A stretch of DNA of 64,000 nucleotides. Source: Glaucostegus cemiculus (taxonomy: Eukaryota). The stretch covers positions 4,898,001-4,962,000 of the forward strand of contig CDPCPM010000207.1 in the NCBI GenBank assembly GCA_976551045.1, written 5' to 3'. Below, in pieces: positions 25,764 through 39,055 of this stretch. Below the pieces are notes generated by a model. It saw nothing but the letters and a program-made list of their open reading frames with translations. It was not told the origin of the DNA and made no database searches. Every line of letters starts with the position of its first letter. The stretch's first letter is position 1. The position numbers were made by a program, and so were the translations under genes.

Positions 25764-28700
25764 CAGCTATAAAAGAAATCCAGTCCAGCAAAGAAGGAGT
25801 TAACTATGCAGATCAACGCTCAGTGACGGCCTTGTTAGCCATCTTGATTTTTGTTAAATCACTCCTGCAGGGATACAAACAGTAAGCCTTGGCATTGCAC
25901 TGTGCAGAGGATCAGATGCCCATCAGGGGCTTGCTCTTCTTTTTGCCTGTGTAAAAATGTACGATGCCTTAAATCATTTAGCAAAAGATAAATAGAAACC
26001 ATGAATATTTCAGGATATTTAAATAATAAAGTGATTAAATGACAGAAATATTCCAAACACCTCCCAATTCAGATTTCTACCCACCATCCCCCCGTTCCAC
26101 TGTAAATAGAGCAATGTTATAAATGATCAATTGTAAACTAGATATCTGAATATATTTTTACAAATCATCTCAAGATATGGCTCCAACATAAAATTTAAAA
26201 AATGATCAGATGAGGGGCCTCAAATTTAAGAAAGCGTTTCAAAAAAATTATTATTATTGCATCATGAAATGGTTTTTGTGTTGCAAACAAAGCAGGAATA
26301 TCTTGAAAGTAGTGTAGATACAAGCTAGCAGGGTTCACATCCAACAAATGAAGTGCATAAAACATGGGCGATATTTACCGCAGAAATATTCTCAATGTCA
26401 AATGACACTGTGAATTAGTTACTATGGAGTGATTATTCAAATCAGTGACTGTGAATTAATTACCATGGGGATATTATTCTGTTTTTTTTGCAGGTGAACA
26501 GAGCTGTTTGTTATTTCTTAATTTTTTAAGTTGTTTTACCATTGTATTTTCTCTTTGCTTCGCTTCTACAGTTGAAGCTTTTTTTATAATTAGTGAATCT
26601 AGCTCCTGGAGTAAAATTGACCAAGCTATTTGAAGGTACAAGTCTTTTAATTGTGGTTTAACAAAGATAAATACAGACCCAACCCACACAGGATTCAAAC
26701 CCATGCATCATTCCAAATTACCACATGACATTGCACCTCATCCTCTCTAATGTAATATTCCTAATGTAGGTGCAACCCCAAAATGAGGAATTTTCATCAG
26801 CAATAACACATTTCCTAAATTTCCTAAAATGCTTTCTCCATCTCAACTATTGACTAGTTCAGTCTGTAATTATACATAAAGCCAACAAAATGTGATGTGC
26901 AGTTTTTTATTGCACTCTGTGGTAAAGGATTATTTGTCATTGTTCTTTTTATATAAAGTGTACACTGTCAGAGCTTCCTTTGAATAAGAGGTGCAGTTAT
27001 ATTTCTGTGGAAAGCCCAGTCTGCAAGGAAATTTGAATACAGTATTCACATCTCTTAGCCAGACTGAGCGTGCATTTTAATTGCAATTTAATCCCAGTTT
27101 TCACCCATCACTAATGCTCCGAATATCACATGGTGAAAACAGCTTCAATCAAAACAGATCTCCCTGAAAGGCACAGAACAATACACTCTCTTCCTAGGTA
27201 CCCTTGCAAAGATTCTTTGAGGGACCAGTAAAGTATCCAAAATATTGGAGATTAGAAATAAATAGATGCCACAAAGCTGGACTGCTTCACAACATTCTCC
27301 ATCAATCCTTGCCCTTCCTTCCTGAAATGCATTATTGCTGGAATCATAAGTACAAAGATTACCTCATTAACCTATTTTTAAAAAGCACAAGACAATGACA
27401 ATGTTTTGAAAATTCATCTCAGAAAAATTCCTGAGCAGATGTTATAAAAATAAACCTGAAGACGTGTTTTGATTGTGTATTCAGAATGCTTCATTTCCTT
27501 TGCCATATTTATATGTACTCATCATTCTGTCACACAGCACGCAGCATCAGACATGTTACAAAGGAAAGGGATGAATTGACCACAATCACATGCCATCATC
27601 TCGAAGAAGTCTAAATTTCAGCAATGTTTGCTAATTTAAACTGAAAAAAAAGTACACCTCAGTTAAACGACAAATGCAAAGCCAAATGAGGTCATTTAAC
27701 AAAAGACTTGGGTGCACAATGTGGCCTCTCTAGTAGTCAGCTCACCATTGCAAAGAACTTACTTCAGCCATGAAAGTGCCAGAGAGTACTGTGCAATGGC
27801 CAAGTATCTTGTTCAGTGATGGGGTTGGGTCAGTGAATCACGAGAATCGTAACCACACCTTGCTCTCCTGCGGCTTCTAAACTGCGATAGCTATAAATGT
27901 GGTGCCTTATGCTGCTCAGATGTGCATACTTCATCTGCAAAATTATTACATCAAGAAAGGCGCACCACACACATATATGTGGGCAGAGAGACATGCAAAG
28001 AGATTACTATGTTAAAAGAAATACTCTACAGCTTTTAAAACCGTACTCAGGTTCCAGCCTCATGCTTTTGGTTAATTAGTTCTAAATACAGAAACCAAGA
28101 GGCTGATGGGGAGATCATTTTCTGCAGCAAAATATCTTTAGATTTATTTTACTCCTGTGAGGAAAAATAATGAAGGAGCTTCATTAACACATCTGCTGAA
28201 ACAGTTAAAAAAAATCAAATGTTGCTGGATGGGATGGGGTGTCGAGGAAAGTCTTGGAGTATTTGCATAATAGTTATAACAGACTATGAAAAACACAGCA
28301 TCAGCAGGAGCATCAGCTGCTTTAAAACTAACAGTAAGAGCAAGCAATTAAGAATAATTATTCCTAATGATTACAGGGAATCAAATGGGAAGATGGTTTC
28401 CACTGCCCTTGCATTTAGACCAACAGGATGCAAACCTCGGGCTGAAACAACAAGAATGTACACCTTTATTTCCTTGATTCAAGGCCTCTCTCTATGAAGC
28501 TACATTCCAGGGACATACATTGTGGATTTAAGTGACAAAAAGGGATTTTAAAAAAAAGAAAAACAGTTCTTTCCAAGAGGGATATGAATTAAGTTACAAT
28601 ACCTATATTGGGATAAAGCAAACTACATTTACCTTCTTTCGCAAATATCCTTCTGGTTTTTAATCCAGAGAATTATTATTTTTTAATCACAAATTGTTTA

Positions 28701-29072
28701 CCTTAAAGATTATTTGGGCCACTCTTTATTTTAAAATATTTCTGTCTCATATTACTTACACCTTCATTGGTTAGGTTGCCAAATGTAGAAGATAAAATGG
28801 AAATTATTAGCTTTTATGGCTTTTTAAAAAAATTAAATGTTTATATTATTTTCAAAATTAAATTTTAAAATAATTTCAGAATGATGCAATGTTAAAAAAT
28901 CATATTTGCCAAGTGCATATGAAAAGGGTGACAAAGGGGCTGCTGTTGTTTTAATTGTTTGTGCACAATCTGCTTGCCAGCGGCTCCAAGCTCTCACTCC
29001 ACATAATTATGTTAATGTACAGCAGCTTGTCAGGATTCTGTTCATTAGAAGCAGTTGTTTCATTGCTTATAT

Positions 29073-29111
29073 TTCTCTCTCTCTCTCCCTCTCTCTCTCT
29101 GTCCTCTCTCT
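29073..29111. repeat. imperfect (CT)n microsatellite
   Basis: Directly visible. Confidence 0.9.
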
Positions 29112-32100
29112 GATAATCTCCGTGTGATCAAGGCCGATGTTTACAACCTTGGAACACGGATAATCGCTTCATCATCCCCGTTTGCGTTGGGAACCCTCGC
29201 AATCAGGATTGACATTCATTAATTTTATTATTTCTTTGTTTAATTTAACCATTGCAGCAAAAATAATTCCTAACCAGTGGCAAAAGATGTATGAAATATA
29301 TGAATCAATTTCTGCTGATGCTTTATTCTTTATATTCTGGGATTCTATTCCAATTTAAAATGCTTTAAGGTTTTTTCTAGAGGAGCAAGAAATTCAGGAT
29401 CAATAAGCCTGTCCACTGCTACAAACAAATGGGCCAAGGCTTTGCTCATGTCAGTAAAAGTAAAAATTTTGCAAATAAGTCTGTTGGAAGCATTTTATTC
29501 GCATAATCTTTTTGACAGCTTTACATACCTTCTCTGAACAAACAGCTGACATTTAAACTGAAGCACATACTGATAGACTACTGTCTAATGTAAGACAAGG
29601 TGGGGTTATTAAAAAGGGAACTATGTTCCAGCTTAAACTTCTGTTCATATTCAGGGAACATTTTAATAAGTACAACATTGAACAGTGCTTAAAAAAGTCA
29701 TTTATGGAGAGATTGATTGATACTTGACTCCTGCTAAATCACACAGGTAGTGATCTGGTTTCTAGTGGGCCTATAAATTTTAACTATAACATTCCACAGT
29801 AACTGACAGAAATAAATTCAGCTATCCAGCATAATCAGCTTTCCACTGACCATTTATTGGTGTAAGCTATTATAGTGTTTAAAAATTATTAATTCATCAA
29901 TTAACAATAGCTGCTACACTAGAAAATAATCGCTCAGACTTTTAGATTTAGTTCTGAACTGTGCTGTGATTTAAAACTCAGTATTAGTTGTTTCTACAGT
30001 TTATGACACTGTTTGCTATTGGGAACCAGCACAGACCACACAGAATCTTAACTGTATAAATTTGATTATGCAAATAAAAATAAATAATAAATATTAACAA
30101 CCAAATTGTTTTCTGAAATTATCAGTGCCGTAAAATATTCCCCTTTGTGAAAAAGTAGGGAATTTGCAGCCACATCTACTCATTAATCTACTGTGCATTT
30201 TGCTAACCTTCAGTAAAAAGACATTAGTTGCATTGTTACTTTTATAGAACAATATAGTTACAGTAAACCCAAAACAACTCAAAGCAGACATGGATTCTAG
30301 AATTTTAAAATTATGGGTGATGATGTCTGTAAAGTGAGAATATGGTTGCTGCATCTCCCTAGATTGTGAATGATATTTAACTGACAAATATTTACCCTGA
30401 AGAAATGCACAGAAATGCTATGATTTATTAGAAGCAAGTGTTCATACTGTATATGTTTGTGTTTAAAAAAAAACTAGACAATCCCAGCAATGCTTGCATG
30501 GTAGGCCTTAGGTCCCAACAAACAGCAGATCCCTAAAACAGGCTGGATTACATTAGTATTGCATCATATAGATACATATGAAGGGCTCCTCCCTCTTCAG
30601 AACATTCTCTCTGCTACTGTAGTTCAACCACAAAGGGACAAAATGATTCCTGAAATCTACAAAAAAAACTATTGCGAAAATTTGAGAAGGAACTTCCTCA
30701 GTGTGGGATAAAATTGGAAAATTATTCCTTTAAAGAGAATACAGAAAATCTTTCAATATAATGCCTATCCCAGCATGATTTGAGTTCGAGAGCCATTTCC
30801 TTTCACAAACACTTTGGGGGATTGTGTAACTTATGTGTCACATTCCTGTTTAGTTTTTAAAATTCAGTCATTTGTCTTCCATGGGTTTCAGTGTGATGTT
30901 TTTCATAACATTGATCCATTTGTAAGAGGTGGGGCCAATATATTAAATTGAGTTATCTAGTGGAGCTTTTCAAACCTTCACCACCATCATTTTCTATACA
31001 GTCAGAACAAAGCTTGCTAGACTGAGTATTTTGAACTCCCAGCAAAGGTTTAGTTGATCCATCACATTTGCTTCCCCTAGTTGACAAATCCTCCTTTCTT
31101 GAAGGTGAGGGCTTGTTCTCTTTGTAGTGCCACGCTGAAAACTCTAGTACATCCTCTAGGTGGGGAGCTCTGGGACAGAGCTGATCAACTATTCTGTGCT
31201 CACCCAAAACCCACAGGACGTGCAGCCCAAAGAGAATTAAAATAATAGTCAGGCTTTCTGCTTTTGATTGTAACCTGGTGCTTCTTGTATGCATGTGGAG
31301 AATGGACATCTGAGTGAGGGTCTACAGACTGTTCCCCGCATGAACCAATCTTTTCCAATGAGAAGGGGAAAAAAAAGAGCACAGGAAAAAACCAATAGAT
31401 TTGGCAGAGGGCAATAGACAACTGGCATAGCGAGTCACTGTTTATGGAAAAAGTGCCCTATATCTGGGCAGGCCCTCCTTGATATTTAAACCATAAAATA
31501 ATACAGAATCATTCATATTTTCACTACAGTAAAGTCAGCAATGCTTAGAAAATATTTTAATTGTGTTCCCCATGCAACGAAATGCCATCATACAAAACAC
31601 ACATGCTGTTGCTATGACAGGTTGCTAGGATTCTTGTGGCCCTTTAAAAGCATAAGTTGGCGCAGTCATGGGTACTTTGTTGTATAACATGCAATTCTCT
31701 GCACTAAGGTTCAATATTCAAAGAGTTAACATCGACAGCAAAGCACACAATTAAATTAACTTGGTTAAGTACATTATGTGGAATCATCGATTGTGGTAAA
31801 TGTTAAAATCCAGCAATTTCAGAAAGGAAACATTCTCATCAGCAACAGCACCACAAATGAAGGAGGGTGGGTTGTGTGGGGGGAGGTTGGAAGGGCAATA
31901 GAGTCAGCCAGCATTCGTGGTCCTGATCTCTTTCCCCATGGCTCCATGTTAAAAAATTATACAAGGTCAGAAAGGTGATGACCCACATGGTTGATTGCCC
32001 TGGTGGCACTCACTTTCTGGGTTTGCACCCAAAGTGGTACCATTTAAGTAAAGTCCCAGCAAAAGGCTGAATCCTGGACACCAGGAAAAGTGTTAGTGCT

Positions 32101-32153
32101 TCATTAGACAAGAGAGGAGCAATCAACAGAAAGAGAAAGTGCACACAGTCTAT

Positions 32154-32465
32154 TGTCCAATACCACAGAGCATGCATTTAAGTGAGAGAGGGAAAGTACA
32201 AAGGAGATGTGCAGGGCATGTTTTGTTTTACCTAGAGAGTGATGGGCGCCTGGAATGTGCTGCCAGGGGTGATGGTGGAGGCAGATACGATAGAGGCACT
32301 TAAGAGGCTCTTAGGTATGCACATGAATATGCAAAGAATGGAGGGATGTGGACCATGTGCAGTCAGAAGGGATTATCTTAACTAGGTGCCGTTAGTTTAA
32401 TTAGTTTGGCACCACATCCTGGGCTGAAGGGCCCTTTCCTGGGCTGTGCTATGTTCTATGTTCTA
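32154..32465 (+). mobile_element. CR1-type LINE 3' end
   Basis: Aligns by eye with 24976-25253; terminal (TGTTCTA)n repeat. Confidence 0.88.
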
Positions 32466-33789
32466 TTGTGAAAATATCATGGCAAACTTATTCTGTAAAT
32501 ATTCTCATAAATCCAAGAATCAAAGTGATTGAATTTGCTTTATTATTTCTTATTAACCTTTGTTTTTTATTCAAAGTTATGCTTAAAAAATAGAATTGTT
32601 TGATCTCTTTTATAATGCTGTATTTATAATTGTCTTGTTGTATCAGGCTAAGTTCAGAAAAGTGGGAAAGTGGAATACTGTCTCTTTAAATACTATTTAT
32701 ACAGTATCAGTATTTGATAAAATCCCCAAACAGTTTATCATCTGCATTTACTGAAGAGATGCAGTTTGTGTTATTCATCACCAATTTATAAAAAGGATGG
32801 AAGGAATGATCAAAGAATTCTGAAATAATGTTAATTTAATTAAAATTGAGGGCAGATTATCTGCTTGAAAGAATACGAGCGACAGGATTGGGTCACCCGA
32901 GCTACATTTATCGCTCCTTGCTTAGGTAATTAGTGTAATGATCAAAGAGGAGGGGGGGCAGGGTTTTGTTGTTGGGGGAGGTGTTAGTGGAGAACGTGAT
33001 TGCGGATTTGAGAATCGTGTTGCCTACCTTATGCCACAGTGAGTGGCGTTACGTCCATTTTAGAAACTGCAGCCCACCCACCCTCAAGATGGCTGCTGAG
33101 CAAAGAGCTCTCTCTCTTTCTCACAAAATGGCTTCCAGCTGGCCATTCAGGTGGTCATCCCCTTGCCTTCCAGCATGGTGCTCTGCATAAACGCACAGCG
33201 GCAGCTTCACGTCTTCAGAAACACTGCCTCATCAGGAAAACAAAACAAATCGTAGTCTTCAGAGAGGACTTCAAGGCTTTTTTTTCTTATCGAAGGATGT
33301 GCTGGAAAATAGGAACAATGATTCTGTTATTCTTTCATGCATTTGACATCTTGTACTGGCTCTGTTGAACTGCTCCTCTGTATTTCAATGAAACTGGGTT
33401 CTCTGGGTACAAGAAGTTGAGGAAAGCAAGGAAGAAATGGGGATTGGATTCTTCTCTTTATCCTACAATCCTTTCTCACTATAATTTTTGTTTCATAATT
33501 AACACTAAAATCTGTTTCAAAAATTCTGGAGTATGGACCTCAAAATTTAGGTCATTCAGGGGCTAAAGAAAGTTGTTGATGATTATAATTTTGGTATTAA
33601 AATATTTGTGGATCTGTTTCAGTCGTTGAGCTCAATGCAGATATATTTACTTGGTTTGAGTGATACCACCAATAAAGAAAAAAGATTGGATTTATATAGC
33701 ACTTTTTATATCCATTCAGAACAGCCAATTAAATACTTAAGAAGTTTAGTCACTGTTGCTATGTGGGACATGTGTCAGGAATTGCCTGG

Positions 33790-34375
33790 AGCAGCACTGC
33801 AAGCTCAACCATCTTCAACTGCTTTATGAATGATTTCTCTCCATCATAGATAAGATGTGAGGTGTTCATCAATTATTAGATGCTAAACACTTTCATCTGC
33901 TCTTCTTCAGAAAATGAAGCAGTCCATGCTTGTATACAGCAAGACCTGAGCAATATTCAGATATGGGATAAAAAGGGGCAGGAACATTCGTGCTACACAA
34001 TTGACAGGAATTGACCATTTCTAATGGGAGAGACTCTCTGACAAACCACCTCTGGCATTCAGTGGCATTACTATCACTGGATCCCCAACTGTTGACCAAA
34101 AGCTCAACAACCTGTCACATTAAAACTGTGACTACAAGAAAAGATTGGGGACTTGTGACCTGTAGTGTGTGATTCACCTTGTGACTTGCCAAAATCTTGG
34201 CATTTGACTTTGCAAAGTCAAGACGCATCAAGGATGTAATAATAAAATCTCCATGTATCTTGATGGGTGCAGTTCCTCAAACATTCAAGAAGCTTGGCAC
34301 AATCCAGAGTGAAGCAAATCACATGATCAGCATCCAATCCTCTATCCTAAACATTCAGTTCATAGCTATAGTGTA
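33790..34375 (+). mobile_element. LINE reverse-transcriptase fragment (CR1/L2 group)
   Basis: Decayed PTIFNCFMNDF...EAVHACIQQDLSNIQIW...PLAFSGITITGSPT. Confidence 0.7.
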
Positions 34376-34654
34376 CACTGACCTCATCAGTGGCTTGAGA
34401 GAGGCTGGCATTTGCCTTTATTTGCCAGTCTAAGTGTATGCACAGTTGTGAGCTGTACATTTTCCCCCACTGATAGGTGTGGAGGTGAGTTTAACTGCCC
34501 GTCAATATTTATACAGTTCTGCACCAGTGACAAAAATAAGCTTCTCTGCCTTTAACACAAAAAAATCCAAGCTGAATGGGTGGGGATAAAGAGGTTTGTG
34601 AACTACTAGAAATGTAGCCCATCAGATCCAACACTCAAATAGGCCCTGGTTTTT

Positions 34655-34900
34655 TTGTCCCCTTAGACGTATGTGAAAGATCCCATGTCATTGTTTCAAA
34701 AGAAGAGTGAAGGATCTATTCTGGGTGCATTAAAAATAAATTATCCATTCACTACCACATTTCTGTTTTGTGGGAGCTTGCTGTGCATAAATTGGCTCGT
34801 GTTTTCCTGCATCACAACAGTACCTAAACTTTATTGGTTATAAAGTGCCTTGGGATATCCAAAGTATGTGAAAGGTGATACTTAAATGCAAATCTTTCTT
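34655..34900 (+). mobile_element. Deu-domain SINE, 3' half
   Basis: ATGTGAAAGATCCCATGTCATTGTTTCAAAAGAAGAG...GTGGGAGCTTGCTGTGCATAAATTGGCT...AAATGCAAATCTTTCTT. Confidence 0.75.
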
Positions 34901-34985
34901 CCACTAGACAAAGCTCAGGTATTGAGTGAGCAGAAGATCAAGTTTAACTGCAATACATCCTTTGTTAACTTGCCTGCACAGGAAA

Positions 34986-35022
34986 GCGCGCGCGCACGCA
35001 CGCACGCGCGCACACACACACA
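34986..35022. repeat. (GC)n/(GCAC)n/(CA)n compound microsatellite
   Basis: GCGCGCGCGCACGCACGCACGCGCGCACACACACACA. Confidence 0.95.
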
Positions 35023-36099
35023 ATGAATGGACACAGTGGGTAAAATACTGGAGAATGTCAGTTCACCTTGGAATCTGAGTGCAAATCAGAAGGGGAAAGG
35101 ATAAAAAGGAATATATTTTTTTTAAAACATAAACAAAAAAAATCTAATCTTATTTTTCTGAAAAGAAATAGCTTTAGTTCAGATCCACATAAGTAATAGG
35201 TGGTTCAGTAAAATTAGGGTTGTGCTTAGATATTAGTCTAGACAACAGCTGCACAATGGAGTGAAACAGTACTCAGTAGGGGCTGGGGGGAAGGGGGCTT
35301 ATGAATAAGTCTAGGCATTTGATGAGAGTCACTGTTGGCCATTTATTAAACCCAGCCTCTGAGTTTCTTACCCGATGTAATGATGAGCGATGTCATTTGT
35401 ATTTATGATTAAGGGTCACCAGTGCCGCCCCTCCAGTCTTTTCAAGTTTCCTTCAGGAAGTCTAAATCAGAGAAATACAAAAATAACAAATGCCAAACCA
35501 ACTGGTAAGATTCAAGTTTATGACAGAAATTCAGATAGAACGGGGAAAATCTCTAATTGTGCCATAAGCTGCAAAGTTAAAGCATCTATCCTCTTCCAAA
35601 GTTCAGGAGGGTTGTAATGAGGAGCTATTGAGTGGTCAGTGCCTTTAATTATGCAGACAGGCAAACAAAATGAGGGGGTAAGTATAGAAAAATCAGATGG
35701 ACACGCCTTGGACAATCACATCTTGAAATGGAATTTGGAAAAAAAAGACTATGTGTAAAAAGTACATAAGGTGTGATTTGGGATATGATTTGAAACATTT
35801 GCATCCATTTCCTATTTGTTGCTTTTATGTATATGAAAATGCAGTTTGGCCTTCATAAAGATTGAGACTTGTGTGAGCTTGTAACTGCAGTTCACAGAAG
35901 ATTTGACCTTTGTCGCCCTGATCACCTGTCCATGGTAAAAGGGCACAACCAGTCAGCTCCATACTCAGGGGGTCTGGCTCAAAGCTCCGTGCACTGCTAC
36001 CCTCCTCCACTCAGTGTTACCACTCCACACTCTCCAACATTATTCTTTTACAGCCCAACTCTCCTCATTTGGTATCACTGCCACCCAGTGAGCAATTAG

Positions 36100-36230
36100 C
36101 AATGCAGATGAAAGGGAACGTGGGGAGAATAGGTTACAGAGAAAGTGGAGGAATAGGATTGCTCCGTGAGCCGGCATAGACTTGATGGGCCAAAATAGCC
36201 TCCTTCCAAGTTGTAAGGAAACAAGAAACA
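36100..36230 (+). mobile_element. SINE 3' tail (HE1-like)
   Basis: GAGCCGGCATAGACTTGATGGGCCAAAATAGCCTCCTTC. Confidence 0.55.
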
Positions 36231-38719
36231 AAAAATGAAGGCTGGGTTTTAATGCTACTTGAAGAGAGTAAACTATGGTAAAGATTTCCTAAAACAAAAA
36301 TGTTCCAATTTCCAATTTTTGATTAACTTGAGATTCAACTTGAGATGCACACAGTATCCACATAACACAACAAATATGGGTTATCCAATTTCTAGGCAAC
36401 AGCATGTATTAAATACACATAATGTTAACTGCGTTTTTATGCATTATTATATATAGTCAATGCCAAATATTCAATACCCTGGATACTCAAGGTGTTGAAG
36501 AAGATGGGTTCACCTTAACACTTTGGAACCTCATACTCCAAACTCTGAAGGCTTTAACTGAGTTCAGGATACACAGATCTTTGACATTCAGAAACTGAAG
36601 CAATTTTATTTTCTCATCTAGTTTAGGCCTCTGCAATTTAGTACAAGATCGTATGCCACATTTATAGCAAATTCACTCAATGTGTGCTATAGTATCACAT
36701 TACAAGAGAAATTACAAAATAATTGCAGCCAATATATATGCATCTATTTTGTTCCAAATCAAGATTACTCAGCACTTTCTTTCTTTTCTTTTACTTTCTC
36801 TCTCTCCAGCTGTAGATGGGGATCTCTCAATGGAGTTCTGGTACAAGGGGAATGGCTACCTGCAAGTACCTCAACCAAAAGACAACTCTCCACATGAAAG
36901 TCCAGAGAGCAGCAAACAATTTTTGTCAATAACAATCAGAGAAGGGGCTCTTCTTAGGAAATTAATCTTCTATTTATTAATTTTGCTATTCTGATGCAGC
37001 TGTGTTCCTTTTAAGATCTAATTGTAATTAAGTAAATACTGCCTGAAATTGGAACTTTACAACTTGGAAAGTGTTTCACAATTTCAAGTTATGAGTTAGC
37101 GCCATGCTTGTGCAATCAGCTTTCTTTCACTTTTAAAATTATTACACAAGCAAAAGAAATTGCAAGGTGTACGTGTATTTATATACTAATAGTAGGGTCA
37201 CTGATGGCATTGCTCATGGAGAGACAGATGTTACACTGGGAGACCCACAGAGATGTAAAGCGATAGAGGACAGTATCTCTTTAGCAAAAGAGTTTAAAAA
37301 CAATTTTGCAAGAGGTCTTTGAAATAACAAGTTGCAATGTATTAAAAAAAACATTGACAGCAAAGATGTTATTGTTATACTTATTTTGAGACCACAAGTG
37401 TAATTCTTATCGATGCCTGTGTTTGTGCTCCACATGATCCTGATCCTATTCTCCTTCAACAACACAATCAACAATATTTCTTTGACAAGAAGACAGTAAA
37501 CCTTGGCATGTAATTAAGGTTAACAGCTTATTATTTAGTAACCATTTTAGTAATCATGTCTTTGCAATAACACAAGTGAAATTGAACAAAAACTTCTCTT
37601 GTTTTTATTTTCTATCTTTATCAAACATCTCTGGGACATAACGTGGCATATTTAAGCTGAACTATATGTTAAAATTTACAGTTTTATTCATAACCGCTTC
37701 TAAAGGTTAACAGTGATACAACACGACCAGAAGTTTCCACCATTAATCTTTAGAATCAAATAGCTTGATGGATGGATGGAATTAAATTATTATGTTCTGA
37801 GTTAATCATAACTATTTTAAGAGGATTGGGTTAAATCACAAAGAGGGTTTTGAGCCTGAAATCACTACAGTTCAACAGAAGAGGAGGAAGGTCCAGATAA
37901 TACAAAAACAATGGATGGAATAAGCTAACCTTCCCTTTCAAAAATGTTTACGTCAGTTTGGCCGTATCTGAGATGCTTCACACAGATCTGAATTGTCATA
38001 ATAGGAGGGATGATTTAGCCTGGTTGAAAGTAAAACTGCCAAGTAATTGGATTACACAGTGCCAGGTTTCGGTGCACTCCATAGTATAATTTGAGTGGGA
38101 AATATTTTTTTAAAATCAATTACTTCAAAGTTGTAAGTTGTACTAAGTTTGTAATTTTCTTTCTAGTTCCTCCATGTATCTGACCCACTAATGCATAGAG
38201 GATGCTAGATATACAAAGTGGTGAATAAGGTTTGTCTCTAATAGTTAGGTAATTAGTGAGTGGTCCCTTGACTTCACACATCTCCCCACCATCCCCAGAC
38301 TCACTGAGCTTGGAACCCTTACACAAACTGTCCCATCCCTTCTCCCATAACCGCCGACCAGCCCAAACCTGGAGCTAAAGATGACACCACCCCATCTAGC
38401 AATCCTACCACCCGATCAATGATCCTATAGTTCCAATCAATGACAACGAACCTTCACCCTAACCCCTCTATCAATCAGCCTTCCCTTTCCAATCCATGAT
38501 GCCAGCCCACACAACCCAGCCTGTCTCTATCCCACAATCCCTGGGCTTACCCTAAGCCCAATCTTAATTAATTAATTTTGTCTGCTCTGCAATGGCAAGG
38601 AGAAGGAGAAGAACAGATGAAGGAGAGCCCATGATGCCCTCGGACACTCAAGCTTCTTAACTTCCAATCAGTGAGCTTGGGAACAAAAGTTTTGTTAGTC
38701 CACAGCCTGTCTGACTGAT

Positions 38720-39055
38720 ATAGAACATAGAACATAGAAAACCTACAGCACAATTCAGGCCCTTCAGCCCACAAAGCTGTGCCGAACATGTCCCTACCTT
38801 AGACGTTACTAGGCTTACCCATGGCTCTCTATATTTATCAGCTCCATGTACTTATCTAATAGACTCTTAAACGCCCTATCGTATCCGCCTCCACCACTGT
38901 TGCCGGTAGCCCATTCCACGCACTCACCACTCTCTGAGCGAAGAACCTACCCTTGATTCTCCTCTATACCTACTCCCCAGCAACTTAAACCTGTGTCCTC
39001 TTGTGACAACCATTTCAGCCCTGGGAAAAAGCTTCTGACTATCCATATGATCCAT
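38720..39055 (-). mobile_element. CR1-type LINE 3' end
   Basis: (TAGAACA)n terminus, GGCCCTTCAGCCC stem, then ORF2 C-terminal sequence. Confidence 0.88.

Noticed and set aside
38720-38745. Short direct repeats (TAGAACA)n, also at 46708 and as the reverse complement at 32450, considered as an array
   Set aside because: These are CR1 LINE terminal microsatellites; there is no repeat-spacer structure, and the DNA is eukaryotic.
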